From an uncultured Gammaproteobacteria bacterium (GTDB taxonomy: Bacteria; Pseudomonadota; Gammaproteobacteria; Steroidobacterales; Rariloculaceae): a stretch of 64,000 nucleotides of DNA. Every line of letters starts with the position of its first letter. The first letter of the stretch is position 1. Positions 10,376 through 19,698 of this stretch are shown here, piece after piece. The translations under genes and the position numbers were made by a program. The stretch spans positions 109,845 to 173,844 of the forward strand of contig CAVQPJ010000006.1 in the NCBI GenBank assembly GCA_963714705.1, given 5' to 3'. A model generated the notes under the pieces. It ran no database searches and was not told the DNA's origin. It saw only the letters and a list, made by a program, of their open reading frames with translations.

Positions 10376-10777
10376 ATGGCCAAAGGCAGCTGTTTGTGCG
10401 GGAAGATCACTTACGAGGCGGCGGAGATCGGGACAAGAATCACGAAGTGCCACTGCACGTTCTGTCGAAAACTGAGCGGCTCTGCCTACGGCGACTACAC
10501 GACCGCGCCGCTCGGCAGCTTCAAGTGGACCAGCGGCGAGACGCTTCTCAAAAAGTTCGAAAGCTCGCCCGGTAACTTTCGTAACTTCTGTTCCGTCTGC
10601 GGCACTCACATGCCGACGGGCCACCCATCGATGGGCATCTATTTCATTCAGCCCGGTACGCTCGATAGCGACGAGACGCTAGTCGAGTCCGCACATATGT
10701 TCCTGCGGTCGAGCGCCCCTTGGCACAAGCGTCAGCAGGGGCTCGCGGAATTTCAGGAGTATCCCTCGAGCGTTTAG
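10376..10777 (+). CDS. GFA (glutathione-dependent formaldehyde-activating)/CENP-V family protein
   Basis: GSCLCG, CHCTFCRK and FCSVCGT zinc motifs. Confidence 0.93.
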   Translation: MAKGSCLCGKITYEAAEIGTRITKCHCTFCRKLSGSAYGDYTTAPLGSFKWTSGETLLKKFESSPGNFRNFCSVCGTHMPTGHPSMGIYFIQPGTLDSDETLVESAHMFLRSSAPWHKRQQGLAEFQEYPSSV

Positions 10778-10809
10778 CGCGCTGCGACTGTCGGGCGGTT
10801 CGTTATCGG

Positions 10810-10911
10810 CTCCCACTCCGCGTAGCCCACGCGGGCGAACAAGTCGGCGAGCGGCAGCGCGAGGAGACCGACGGCCGACACGGAGATAGCCTCCGAATCG
10901 ATCTGCGCCTC
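10810..10911 (-). pseudogene. 102-bp fragment of an outer-membrane beta-barrel gene, diverged copy of 14002-14103
   Basis: Manual alignment gives about 91/102 identical bases; reads EAQIDSEAISVSAVGLLALPLADLFARVGYAEWE. Confidence 0.85.
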
Positions 10912-10927
10912 CTCTGCCGCGACCGCG

Positions 10928-12838
10928 TTACTGCGAACCGTAGGTCGCTGCCGAGCTCACGCGCTGCAATGCGCGGTTGTCGTCGATCTTTTTCTCGAGC
11001 TGCTCGACGAGCCGCTGAAACCGCGCGTTTCCTTGCAGCGGCACCGTGAAAAGCGGCTCGCGCGCGATGCGCACAGGGCCGGCATTCACCAAATCGATCG
11101 TCGCCGTTTGCTCGAGCAGCTCGACGGCCTCTTCTTGCTCACCTACCCACGCAAGCGTCATCGCCGCCAAGTAGCGCCGGTGGGCTTCGACTTGTGCCAA
11201 CAGCGGCGCCACGCGCAGTGACTCGCGAACCGCATCGACGGCTGCAGCGCGGTCGCCCATAAACGCGTGGCCTTCTGCTCGCAGCATGTGAAGGACCCAC
11301 GCGTTCGACTTCATCTCACGTTGCTTCGCCACGAAAGCGAGGACAGCGCGGCCGTGCTCCGCCGCTGCGGGAGCATTGCGGAGGAGTAGCTCGTTCCACC
11401 CACGCAGCTCGGCGACGGGCCGTTGCCCCAAGCCCGGGGATGCGCCGATGAACGACCCAAAACGCAAGCGCTCGGCCGGAGTCGCCGAGAGGATTCGCTG
11501 CACGTCCGCGTAGCGATGCTGGTGCCGGAGAAACGTCAGATCGTTCGACAGCGCGAACAGCTGCTCACCGGTCGCGTCCTCGGCAGCCGCAGCCGACATC
11601 GCGTCTACGTCGAGCGCAGAACCATCGGCCTCGCCGGTGAAGAGGTAGGTCCATGCGCGATAGTCGGCCTCCGGCGAGCCGATGTCGCGCAGCTGGGCGA
11701 CGAGTCGAAACAGCTCCCGTGGGTCGTTCTGCGAGAACACATTCGACACTCGCATTCTGAACAGCAGCTGATTCACGGGCTCGCTGACAAGCAACTGACG
11801 CAGCAGGTCGTCGCTCTCGCTGAATCGGCCCATCGACGTGAGAACGCGCGCCTGACTCAACAGTGCCGCGCTATCAGCGGACGCCTCCCCGTAACCGAGC
11901 ACGCGCAGTCCTCGCTCAGGGTCGACGTCGACGAATGCCGCGTAGAGTCCGCGCAGGTCGTCGCCGATCGATTCGTCGTTGGCGAGCTGGCGCGCGCGCT
12001 CGAGATCGGCTCGCACCGCCACGAGCCGCTCCTCGCTGACGTCTAGGTTGGCGATGAAGTGGTCGAGGTGCACGCGGGCGCGCAACACATGGCCGAGGGC
12101 GAAGGACGGGTCGAGGCGCAACACCTCATCGAGCCACGAGAGAACCTGCTCGCGCGGCGCGATCGCGTCGCCGCGTGGAAGCTCCGGCTGGTTCGGCATG
12201 ATTTGCGAGATCCGCTCCTCGGCTCGAAGGTAGAGATCGAACGCCTCGGCGTTCGTCGTGAGCGGCACACGGTCCAGCCCAATCCTGGCCGCGCGCCCGC
12301 TTTCCGCGGCCGGCGGTGCCAGCCACGCCCCGGCAACGACCCCGACCAAGAGGACGGCGGCGATTGCCCACCGGATTGACCGAAAACGCGGCCGGGCCGG
12401 CACTGCTTCGGTATGCCCTGGTGCTCGAGGCGGCGTAGACCGCGGCGCAGACGGTGCAACGGGCGCATGGATGCGGCCCACGAACCGATAGCCTTTCCGG
12501 GGAACCGTTTCGATATAGCGCGGGCGTTCCGGATCGTCGCCGAGCGCGGCGCGCAACTTGCGAACGGCGGTATTGAGGCTCGTGTCGAACTCAACGATCC
12601 CCTTGGGCCACAAACGATGAATAAGGCGCTGGCGCGTGACGACCTCACCCGGCGTCGCGAGCAGCTCGTCGAGAATCCGCAACGGCTGTTCCTGAAGCCG
12701 TACGCGCATGTCGTTACGGAAGAGCTCGCCCGTTCCGCGCCGCAGCACCCAACCGTCGAAGCGGACGTCCGTCGCGGCAGGCGACTCCGCGTGTCGAATC
12801 TCCTCTCGCTGCAACCCGGAGCTGTCCGTGGAAATCAT
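10928..12838 (-). CDS. CadC/ToxR-like membrane-anchored regulator (OmpR-type winged helix, TM, TPR-like periplasmic region)
   Basis: LQEQPLRIL...PGEVVTR...LNTAVRKLRAALGDDPERPRYIETVPRKGYRF, one TM helix, helical repeats. Confidence 0.88.
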   Translation of the reverse strand: MISTDSSGLQREEIRHAESPAATDVRFDGWVLRRGTGELFRNDMRVRLQEQPLRILDELLATPGEVVTRQRLIHRLWPKGIVEFDTSLNTAVRKLRAALGDDPERPRYIETVPRKGYRFVGRIHAPVAPSAPRSTPPRAPGHTEAVPARPRFRSIRWAIAAVLLVGVVAGAWLAPPAAESGRAARIGLDRVPLTTNAEAFDLYLRAEERISQIMPNQPELPRGDAIAPREQVLSWLDEVLRLDPSFALGHVLRARVHLDHFIANLDVSEERLVAVRADLERARQLANDESIGDDLRGLYAAFVDVDPERGLRVLGYGEASADSAALLSQARVLTSMGRFSESDDLLRQLLVSEPVNQLLFRMRVSNVFSQNDPRELFRLVAQLRDIGSPEADYRAWTYLFTGEADGSALDVDAMSAAAAEDATGEQLFALSNDLTFLRHQHRYADVQRILSATPAERLRFGSFIGASPGLGQRPVAELRGWNELLLRNAPAAAEHGRAVLAFVAKQREMKSNAWVLHMLRAEGHAFMGDRAAAVDAVRESLRVAPLLAQVEAHRRYLAAMTLAWVGEQEEAVELLEQTATIDLVNAGPVRIAREPLFTVPLQGNARFQRLVEQLEKKIDDNRALQRVSSAATYGSQ

Positions 12839-12850
12839 ACGTCGCGTCGG

Positions 12851-12877
12851 TTCAGAAACTGATCAGGTAGAGTTCAG
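12851..12877 (+). promoter_or_regulatory. Three 11-bp-spaced (T/A)TCAG direct repeats; candidate winged-helix operator
   Basis: TTCAG 12851, ATCAG 12862, TTCAG 12873, between the divergent regulator and secreted-protein genes. Confidence 0.55.
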
Positions 12878-12984
12878 AGCGTCGGCATTGCGTCGCGCGC
12901 ACGGTTGGCGCCAACTGGCGGCGCAGCGTTCTGCAGTGCTGCGCTAGCTTACCCCGCGGGAAGCCCGCTGCTCAGGAGCATCGC

Positions 12985-13812
12985 ATGAAAGGTGTATCGC
13001 CGGCTCTGGCGCTCGGCTTGTTCGTGCATGGCAGCGCCACCGCGCAATGGCCCGACCAACCCCGAGCCGGCGTTCCGCGTCTCGAGAATGGGCAAGTGAA
13101 TCTCTCCGCGCCCGCGCCGCGACTGGCGGACGGCACGCCCGATCTCTCGGGCATCTGGGTCCTGAGACCGACGGTGGACCCCGGACTGATCGGCCTCCCC
13201 TACGGCCCGGAGTTCGGCAACATCGGCAGCTCGCTGGCCGACGGCCTGCCCTACCAAGCATGGGCCGCGGGGCGTTTTGCGCAGCAGCGGGAAAATTCCC
13301 GCGCTCAGGATCCCCTCAGCCACTGCTTGCCGATAGGCCCCATCCGAATCCACACGATTCCCTTCTATCGCGAGCTCGTGCAACTGCCCGACAGAATCCT
13401 GCTCCTCAGCGAATACAACCAGACCTACCGCCCACTCTTCACGGACGGGCGCCCGCTGCCGAAGGACCCCGTTCCGACCCTGACCGGCTACTCCGCGGGC
13501 CATTGGGACGGCGACACGCTCGTGATCGAGACCCAGGGGTTTCGCGATGCTTCGGTCTGGCTCGACGCGCTCGGAAGCCCCCTGACCGACGCGGCCAAGC
13601 TCACCGAGCGCTTTCGCCGAGTAAGCTTCGGGGAATTGCGCATCGAGCTGACCGTCGACGATTCGAAAGCCTATACGAGCCCCTGGACCGTGACGCTCGT
13701 GCAAGAGCTCAGACCGGACCTCGAGCTCAACGAGGCGTTTTGCGCGGAGGAAGCGCTCAGGGCACTCGATGCGTCAGCGGCCCGCGAAGCCGCGTTACGA
13801 GCCGAGCCATGA
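12985..13812 (+). CDS. Uncharacterised secreted protein, 'PDLSGIW...GHWDGDTLVIET' family
   Basis: Signal peptide; DPLSHCLPIGP, GYSAGHWDGDTLVIETQGF, TERFRR, DDSKAYTSPW, EAFCAE. Confidence 0.8.
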   Translation: MKGVSPALALGLFVHGSATAQWPDQPRAGVPRLENGQVNLSAPAPRLADGTPDLSGIWVLRPTVDPGLIGLPYGPEFGNIGSSLADGLPYQAWAAGRFAQQRENSRAQDPLSHCLPIGPIRIHTIPFYRELVQLPDRILLLSEYNQTYRPLFTDGRPLPKDPVPTLTGYSAGHWDGDTLVIETQGFRDASVWLDALGSPLTDAAKLTERFRRVSFGELRIELTVDDSKAYTSPWTVTLVQELRPDLELNEAFCAEEALRALDASAAREAALRAEP

Positions 13813-13827
13813 AACGCCGGCGAGCGC

Positions 13828-14406
13828 TCAGAGAAACGTGTAGGTGAAGCCCACCGACACGAGGTCCGCGTTGTCGTCGTCGAATTCGAATCGTTCGTAT
13901 TCGAAGCGCAACGCGAAGCTACCGACGCGAAACTGGGCGCCGGCGCCGTAGGTGGGGTCGCTGCCCTCCCGTTGCTGCGGCGAGAACGACGACTGCTCGG
14001 ACTCCCAGCGCGCGTAGCCCACGCGGGCGAACAGGTCGACGAGCGGCAGCGCGAGGAGACCGACGGCCGACACGGACACGGCCTGCGAATCGATCGACGC
14101 CTCGGTCGGGCAAGGCGTCGTGATGCACGCCAACGACAAGGGCACCACCGTTTCGCCGAGGTCGACGTAGTTTGCCTCGATCGCGAACGAGTCGAGCGGG
14201 CGGAAGCCGACGAGCCCCTTGAAGCCGCGATCGTCGTCCGCGTCGCCACCGGCGAACGCACCGAGATCGTAATCGGAGGAAACGTCCGAGGCAGCCAGGC
14301 CCAGGTAGAACCCGTTGTCTGCGGCCAGCGCGGCGCCGGGCGCGAGCAACGAGGCCGATAGCAGCAGGCTGCGCCAATAGGCGCGGTTGCGAAGCGAGCA
14401 TTCCAT
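13828..14406 (-). CDS. OmpA-like outer-membrane beta-barrel protein
   Basis: Signal peptide, GFYLG, AIEANYVDLG, YGAGAQF, C-terminal YTF. Confidence 0.88.
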   Translation of the reverse strand: MECSLRNRAYWRSLLLSASLLAPGAALAADNGFYLGLAASDVSSDYDLGAFAGGDADDDRGFKGLVGFRPLDSFAIEANYVDLGETVVPLSLACITTPCPTEASIDSQAVSVSAVGLLALPLVDLFARVGYARWESEQSSFSPQQREGSDPTYGAGAQFRVGSFALRFEYERFEFDDDNADLVSVGFTYTFL

Positions 14407-14552
14407 TGCCAGCACCTCTGTTGAGTGAGGATGACCCTAGTTTAGGCCACCGCGGGCGCCGCCGGGAGGGAGATCTCGTGCAAGAAAATGTGAACTCGTT
14501 CTCGGCGCCACAGCCGGTACAATCGGCGCGGAACCTCCACGGCGAGACCGCA

Positions 14553-16657
14553 ATGTCAAATAAGCTCGGGTACGGCGGCATCCTGCTCGTCGCGCTGCTT
14601 TACGCACCCGCTTCAGCGCAGGAAGTCGCGCTCTCGTTCACCGCTGCGCAGGTCGAGCAGGGCCGCGCCGTCTACGAGACGACGTGCGTCGATGTGCCAC
14701 GGCGCCAACCTCGACGACGGCCCGCTCGCGGCGCCGCTCAAAGGCGATGCGTTCATGCGCAAGTACGGCGGCAAGCCGGCGCGCGCGCTGTTCGACGTGC
14801 TACGCACGACGATGCCGACGGGCAATCCGGGCTCGCTATCGGCCGACACGTACGCCGCGCTGGCGGCGTTGATCCTCGCGCAGAACGCCATCGTCGCCCG
14901 GCGCGACGCCGCTGCCTGCCGACCCGCAAGCGCTCGCCGCGATGCAGGTGCCGGCCGGCGGCTTCAGCTTCATGTCGTTCTCGCCGTACACGGCGCGCCC
15001 CGCCGTGGACCGGCCGACGCCGCTCGCCGGCTTCAACGCCGTCACCGACGACGCGATCGCGGCGCCGCCGGCCGGCGACTGGCTCGGTTGGCGCCGCAGC
15101 TACGACGCGCAAGGCTTCAGCCCGTTGCGCGAGATCGACACACGCAACGTCGAGAACTTGCGCCTCGCGTGGAGCTGGACGTTGCCCGCGGGCTCCGCCG
15201 AGAGCGTGCCGCTCGTACGCGACGGCACGATCTTCGTGCAGGCGTACGGCGACATCGTGCAGGCGCTCGACGCGAAGTCCGGGGATCTGATCTGGCAGTA
15301 CACCCACGCGCTCGAGCAAGGTGCGTCGCCGTTTCACAAGCGCGGCCTCGCGCTGCACGGCAATCGCCTGTATCTCGGCACGTCGGACGTGCACGTCGTC
15401 GCGCTCGACGTCGCGACCGGCGCAGTCGTTTGGGACACGACCGTCGGCGACTTTCGCCGCCGCGAAGGCTTGAACGGCGGGCCGCTCGTCGCACGCGGCA
15501 AGGTCATGATCGGGACAACCGGCACGGGCGTTGCGGCGAAGTTCGGCGGGCCACAAATCGTCGGGCTCGACGCCGAAACCGGCGCCGAAGCGTGGCGGCT
15601 CGGCACGATCGCGAAACCCGGCGAGCCCGGCGGCGAGAGCTGGAACGGAATTCCGTTCGAGCAGCGCAGCGGCGCCTCGATCTGGACCCCCGGCAGCTAC
15701 GACCCCGCGACAGGCCTCGCCTACTTCGGCACGGGCAACACGTACGACACGGGCCCGCTGCTGAAGCCGAACGCGCCGGGCACGACGAGCGACGCGCTGT
15801 ACACGAACTCGACCCTCGCCGTGAATCCCGACACCGGCGCGCTCGTCTGGCACTTCCAGCATTTTCCGAACGACCAGTGGGATCTCGACTGGGCGTTCGA
15901 GCGGCAGATCATGGATTTGCCCGTGGACGGCACGACGCGCCGCGTCGTGCTGACAGCCGGCAAGATCGGCATCTACGACGCCGTCGACGCGCGCACGGGC
16001 GAGTTCGTGTTCTCGATCGACCTCGGCTTGAACAACATCGTGACCGAGATCGACACGCGGACCGGCGAGAAGCGCGTCGACCGCAGCCTCTATCCCGACG
16101 GCACCGTGCAGCTCGTGTGCCCGCACGGCGCGGGCGCGAAGAATTTCCTCCCCGGCGCGTACATCGCCTCGCGTCGAGTCGTCGTCGTGCCGCTGAACGA
16201 AGCCTGCATGGATCTCTTTCCGGTGCCCGGCGGCGGCACGGGCGGGCTCTCGTCCGGCGTGAACTGGGGCATCCGGCCGCGGCCCGGCGACGACGGCAAC
16301 TACGGCCGCTTGCAGGCCATCGATCTCGCGACGCGCGAGACGGTATGGACGACACGGCAACGCGCGCCGCAAACCTCGGGCGTGCTCGCAACGGCCGGCG
16401 AGCTCGTGTTCGCGGCCGCGTTCGATCGCGGGTTCCGCGCTTACGACGCGCGCGACGGACGGCAACTGTGGGAGACGCGTTTGAACGACGTCTCGAGCTC
16501 GAGCCCGATCAGCTATGCCGTCGGCGGCAAGCAGTACGTCGCGATTGTCGTCGGCGAAGGCGGCTTCCACGCGCGCAGCTTCGCGCCGCTCGTGCCGGAA
16601 TTCCGCAGCCCGCCGAATCGCGGCGCGACGCTGTGGGTGTTCGCACTTCCCGAGTAG
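14553..16657 (+). CDS. PQQ-dependent dehydrogenase with N-terminal cytochrome c, frameshifts near 14690 and 14900-14920
   Basis: Signal peptide from ATG 14553; removing one base at about 14691 restores TCxMCH; PQQ repeats continue in 14942-16657. Confidence 0.85.
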
Positions 16658-16660
16658 GCA

Positions 16661-16750
16661 CTCGGTCGATTCGCGATAGGGAGTCTTCAGCTGCAACTGA
16701 ATGTCGCCGCGCTCCGTGAGCGCGAGCCGCTCCTCGGTGCCCGCTGGACG
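16661..16750 (-). mobile_element. Short remnant of an IS91/ISCR-family (Y2 rolling-circle) transposase
   Basis: Reads RPAGTEERLALTERGDIQLQLKTPYRE, resembling the conserved RP...ERL.L...G...Y.LKTPYRDGT block of IS91 transposases (recognition from memory). Confidence 0.6.
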
Positions 16751-16778
16751 TCGAAGTCCCGAAAACGGTCGTCCCAGA

Positions 16779-17705
16779 TCAGGGACCCCCAACCAAGGAT
16801 CGCAATTTGCGGCCTTGGAGGCCTAGCGTTCTTTGGCGGTTTGCTCTGAGTTGCTGCTCATGTCGGCGCGCCAGCTCGAGCGCCCGCTCGGCGCTGTCGG
16901 CTTCGGCAGTTGCTTCGCTCGCGCCAGCCGCTGCCTTGCGCGCGCGCTCGGCAGCCTCAGCGGCAGCCTGGGCGGCAAGGTCGGCCTTGCGTTCGAGCTG
17001 CACACGCTGCGCCTCGAGCGATTTTGCGCGAGCAGCCGTCAAGTCGAGCTCGGTAGCGGCGCGCTCGGCTTGTCTTCGCGCGCGGTCGAGTGTGCGTTCC
17101 GCCTCGCGCACAGCCGCCTTGCCTGCAGCGAGCAACCGCTTGCCCTCGCCGTCGTCGCGCTGCTTCGGGGCATTGGCTTTATCCGTGCGACGCGGCGGTT
17201 TCGCCGCAGGCGCCAGAAGTCCCGCCACCGCGTCGAAACCGGGCGGCTCGACGTCGTCGATGAGCCTTCCGGCGACAGGGGCGTTAGGCAGCGAGTGATA
17301 GCTAGCAAGCGCCTCGAGCGTGGCCGTGACGCGTCGCAGTAGGTCGCGTGTGGCGCCGCAATTTCCGCCGAGCAGCAAGGCTTCGGCGATTCCGGCGAGC
17401 TCCGCCCCCACTGCGCGGCGCGCGTCGATGGGCTCACGCGTCGAGCCACCCGTGAGTTGAGCGCGACGCACACGTTCGCCCGCGTCGAGCAACCGATCGA
17501 ACAGCTTGCGATGTCGCCAATAGAGCTGATTCACGGCCCACGCCGAGACCGAAGGCTTGGTCAGCCCTTTCACCTCGGCGGCCTCTTGTTGACGGCCGGC
17601 TTTCTTGAGTTGCGCGCTGAGAGCGTTGCGCGCGGCGGTGAATTCGCCCAGCGGCAACTTGAACAGAGCGTCAACGTCGCCCGGGTCGCTCACGGCTAGC
17701 GCCAC
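16779..17705 (-). CDS. Conserved hypothetical protein with C-terminal coiled coil
   Basis: LPLGEFTAARNAL...KPSVSAWAVNQL N-terminal motif; Ala/Arg-rich helical tail. Confidence 0.75.
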   Translation of the reverse strand: MALAVSDPGDVDALFKLPLGEFTAARNALSAQLKKAGRQQEAAEVKGLTKPSVSAWAVNQLYWRHRKLFDRLLDAGERVRRAQLTGGSTREPIDARRAVGAELAGIAEALLLGGNCGATRDLLRRVTATLEALASYHSLPNAPVAGRLIDDVEPPGFDAVAGLLAPAAKPPRRTDKANAPKQRDDGEGKRLLAAGKAAVREAERTLDRARRQAERAATELDLTAARAKSLEAQRVQLERKADLAAQAAAEAAERARKAAAGASEATAEADSAERALELARRHEQQLRANRQRTLGLQGRKLRSLVGGP

Positions 17706-19042
17706 TCCGCCCCGACAGGCGCCCCCGCGCGATGCGGCAGCGTCGCCGACTGATCAGCGCGCAGCCGCATGCCGAGCGCGTTGTACATCGTCGTTACCCA
17801 CAAGTAGTCACCGATCAGCGCAGCCATCTCGACGGTGCCGCGAACCCCGAGTAGCTCCACGGCCGTCGCGAACGTCTCCCGTCGAACCCGCTCCTCGCGA
17901 AAGATCTCGCGCGTGAACGCGATTGCGACGACGTCGCGCTCGTCGAGTCCCGCGACGGTGCGTCATCGCGGATCGCGTCGAGCACGGCCTGCCCCGCGCC
18001 GGCGCGTTGCGGCCGCGGCGCCGTGGACGACCCACTGATATTGGCTGTTCATCTCGCGGCCCGTCGCTGCGACGACGATTTCGGCGAGACGCGAACCGAG
18101 CACGCCGTTCGTCCGCAGGGCGGTGTTGATGTCTTGCACGGGCTCGACGAGCGTCGCGCTCAGGAAGGTCATGCCGACGGGGCCGCGCGGCGTCGTGGCC
18201 CGATCAGCGCCGACGACTCGATCGAAGAGCTCTCGGCTCCGCGCGTCGAGCTCCTGCCGCGCGAGCAGCGGGAAGCGATAGTACGAGTCCTCGTGAACGT
18301 CGCTCGGCAGCGGCGGCCGCTCCGCGACCGCGCACGAAGTCTCCCGGCCGGCCGGTCGGCGTACCGACGCCAGCGCGCGCGGCAGCCGAGCGGCGTCCCA
18401 GTCCGCCGGCGGTTGCTGGTCGACGGCGCGCTCGAGGACACCTGCCATCGCGGGATACGTGAGCAGCATGATCGCGTCGAACGCACCCTGCCGGCCCAGT
18501 CGCTCGACGAGCGCCGCAAACGTCTCGCTGCGCACGTGGCGATTGCGGTAGAGCTGCCGGCCGAAATCGACGAACAACGCATCGTCAGCTGACAGACCAT
18601 CGAAAGAGCTGTTGCTTCGGATCACGTCGATGACCGCAGGCTCGAGGCCCGCCGAACGCGCCGCGTCCTCGCGGACGCTCCACTGGTACGCGAGATTCAT
18701 CTCCCGAGCCGCGACCAGCGTCAGGAGCCCGGCGAGCCGCCCGCTCAAGGCGCTCTCCTTGGAGAGGTACCGTTCGATGCGGCCGAAGCCCGCCGCGGTC
18801 GCCGGACTGTGGAGCAGCACTCCAAGTGCGCCCCGCGGCGACTCGCCGTTAGGGCGGGCGAACTCGTCGTAAATTCGCTTGCTTGCGTCGTCGGGCATCT
18901 GCGCGCGCGAAAGTAGCGGTAGACGGGAGCCAGACTCGGAATCGATAGAGCCCGCTGGCGGAGGCGCGCCCTGCCCCCACGCGGCGCCACACCACCCGAG
19001 AAAGACGAGCGAAAACACAGTCGCCATTCGCACAGTTTTCAT
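17696..19042 (-). CDS. Secreted protein with two carboxymuconolactone-decarboxylase-like (AhpD-fold) domains, frameshifted
   Basis: Signal peptide; repeated RLPLL / L..AREMN..YQW units; C-terminal frame LIGDYLWVTTMYNALG ends at TAG 17696. Confidence 0.75.
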
Positions 19043-19094
19043 GCGGCGACTCTAGTCGCCGGCCACGGCGATCGCCACCCGTCGTCGCGTCGGC

Positions 19095-19283
19095 GAGCAG
19101 CAGGCCAGGCAGGCCGCCGGAGTCATCGATGCCGGAGTCGTACGGATACGAGACATAGACCTGAAGGCCGGCTGCATTCACGGGTCCGGCCATGGCGCGC
19201 GATAGCGCCTCCGCCTTGTTTGGGGCGAGGCACTGGCTACCCGGCGACGAGGTCGGGCAAGCGAGCGCCGTCGGGTCGCCGTG
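19095..19283 (-). pseudogene. Internal fragment of a tannase/feruloyl-esterase-family gene
   Basis: DPTALAC...QCLAPNKAEALSRAMAGPVNAAGLQVYVSYPYDSGI resembles the DP..L.C...CL...GP....G...Y region of that family; no start or catalytic motif. Confidence 0.5.
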
Positions 19284-19331
19284 TTTGCACCGTGCCTCCC
19301 ACATCGATCATGACGAGCGACCCTGGCAGCC

Positions 19332-19604
19332 CTACTGCCCGGGACCTTGGCGCGAATCGAGGGAGAGACCATACGTCGGCTCGCAGTCATAGGGAAAGAG
19401 ATGATCGTCGCCCCGACGGAACGACATGATTCGGGCGGCCGTGCCTTCGAAAGAGCTTGGATCCTCGAACTGTTGCGTGACCATCAACGTATTGGCATCG
19501 GCGAGGCGGAACCGTTCGAGAAGACGCACGTCTTCCGTGTAATCGACGCCGCTATTGAACAGCGTGTCGGGTAGCAGCCGACCATCCAGGACGCGTTCCG
19601 CCAC
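19332..19604 (-). pseudogene. C-terminal fragment of a 'WxGDTLV'-family secreted protein
   Basis: LLERFRL...TL.VT..FEDP...FPYDC matches the C-termini of paralogs in this window; no N-terminal half upstream. Confidence 0.55.
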
Positions 19605-19698
19605 ACGCTCGGGCTGTCGGGCGGGTTGGGCAACTCGGACGTAAGAGACCTCGTCTCATGATTGCGCGTCGGCCTTCGTCGAGCTTCCTTGCTGCGCG

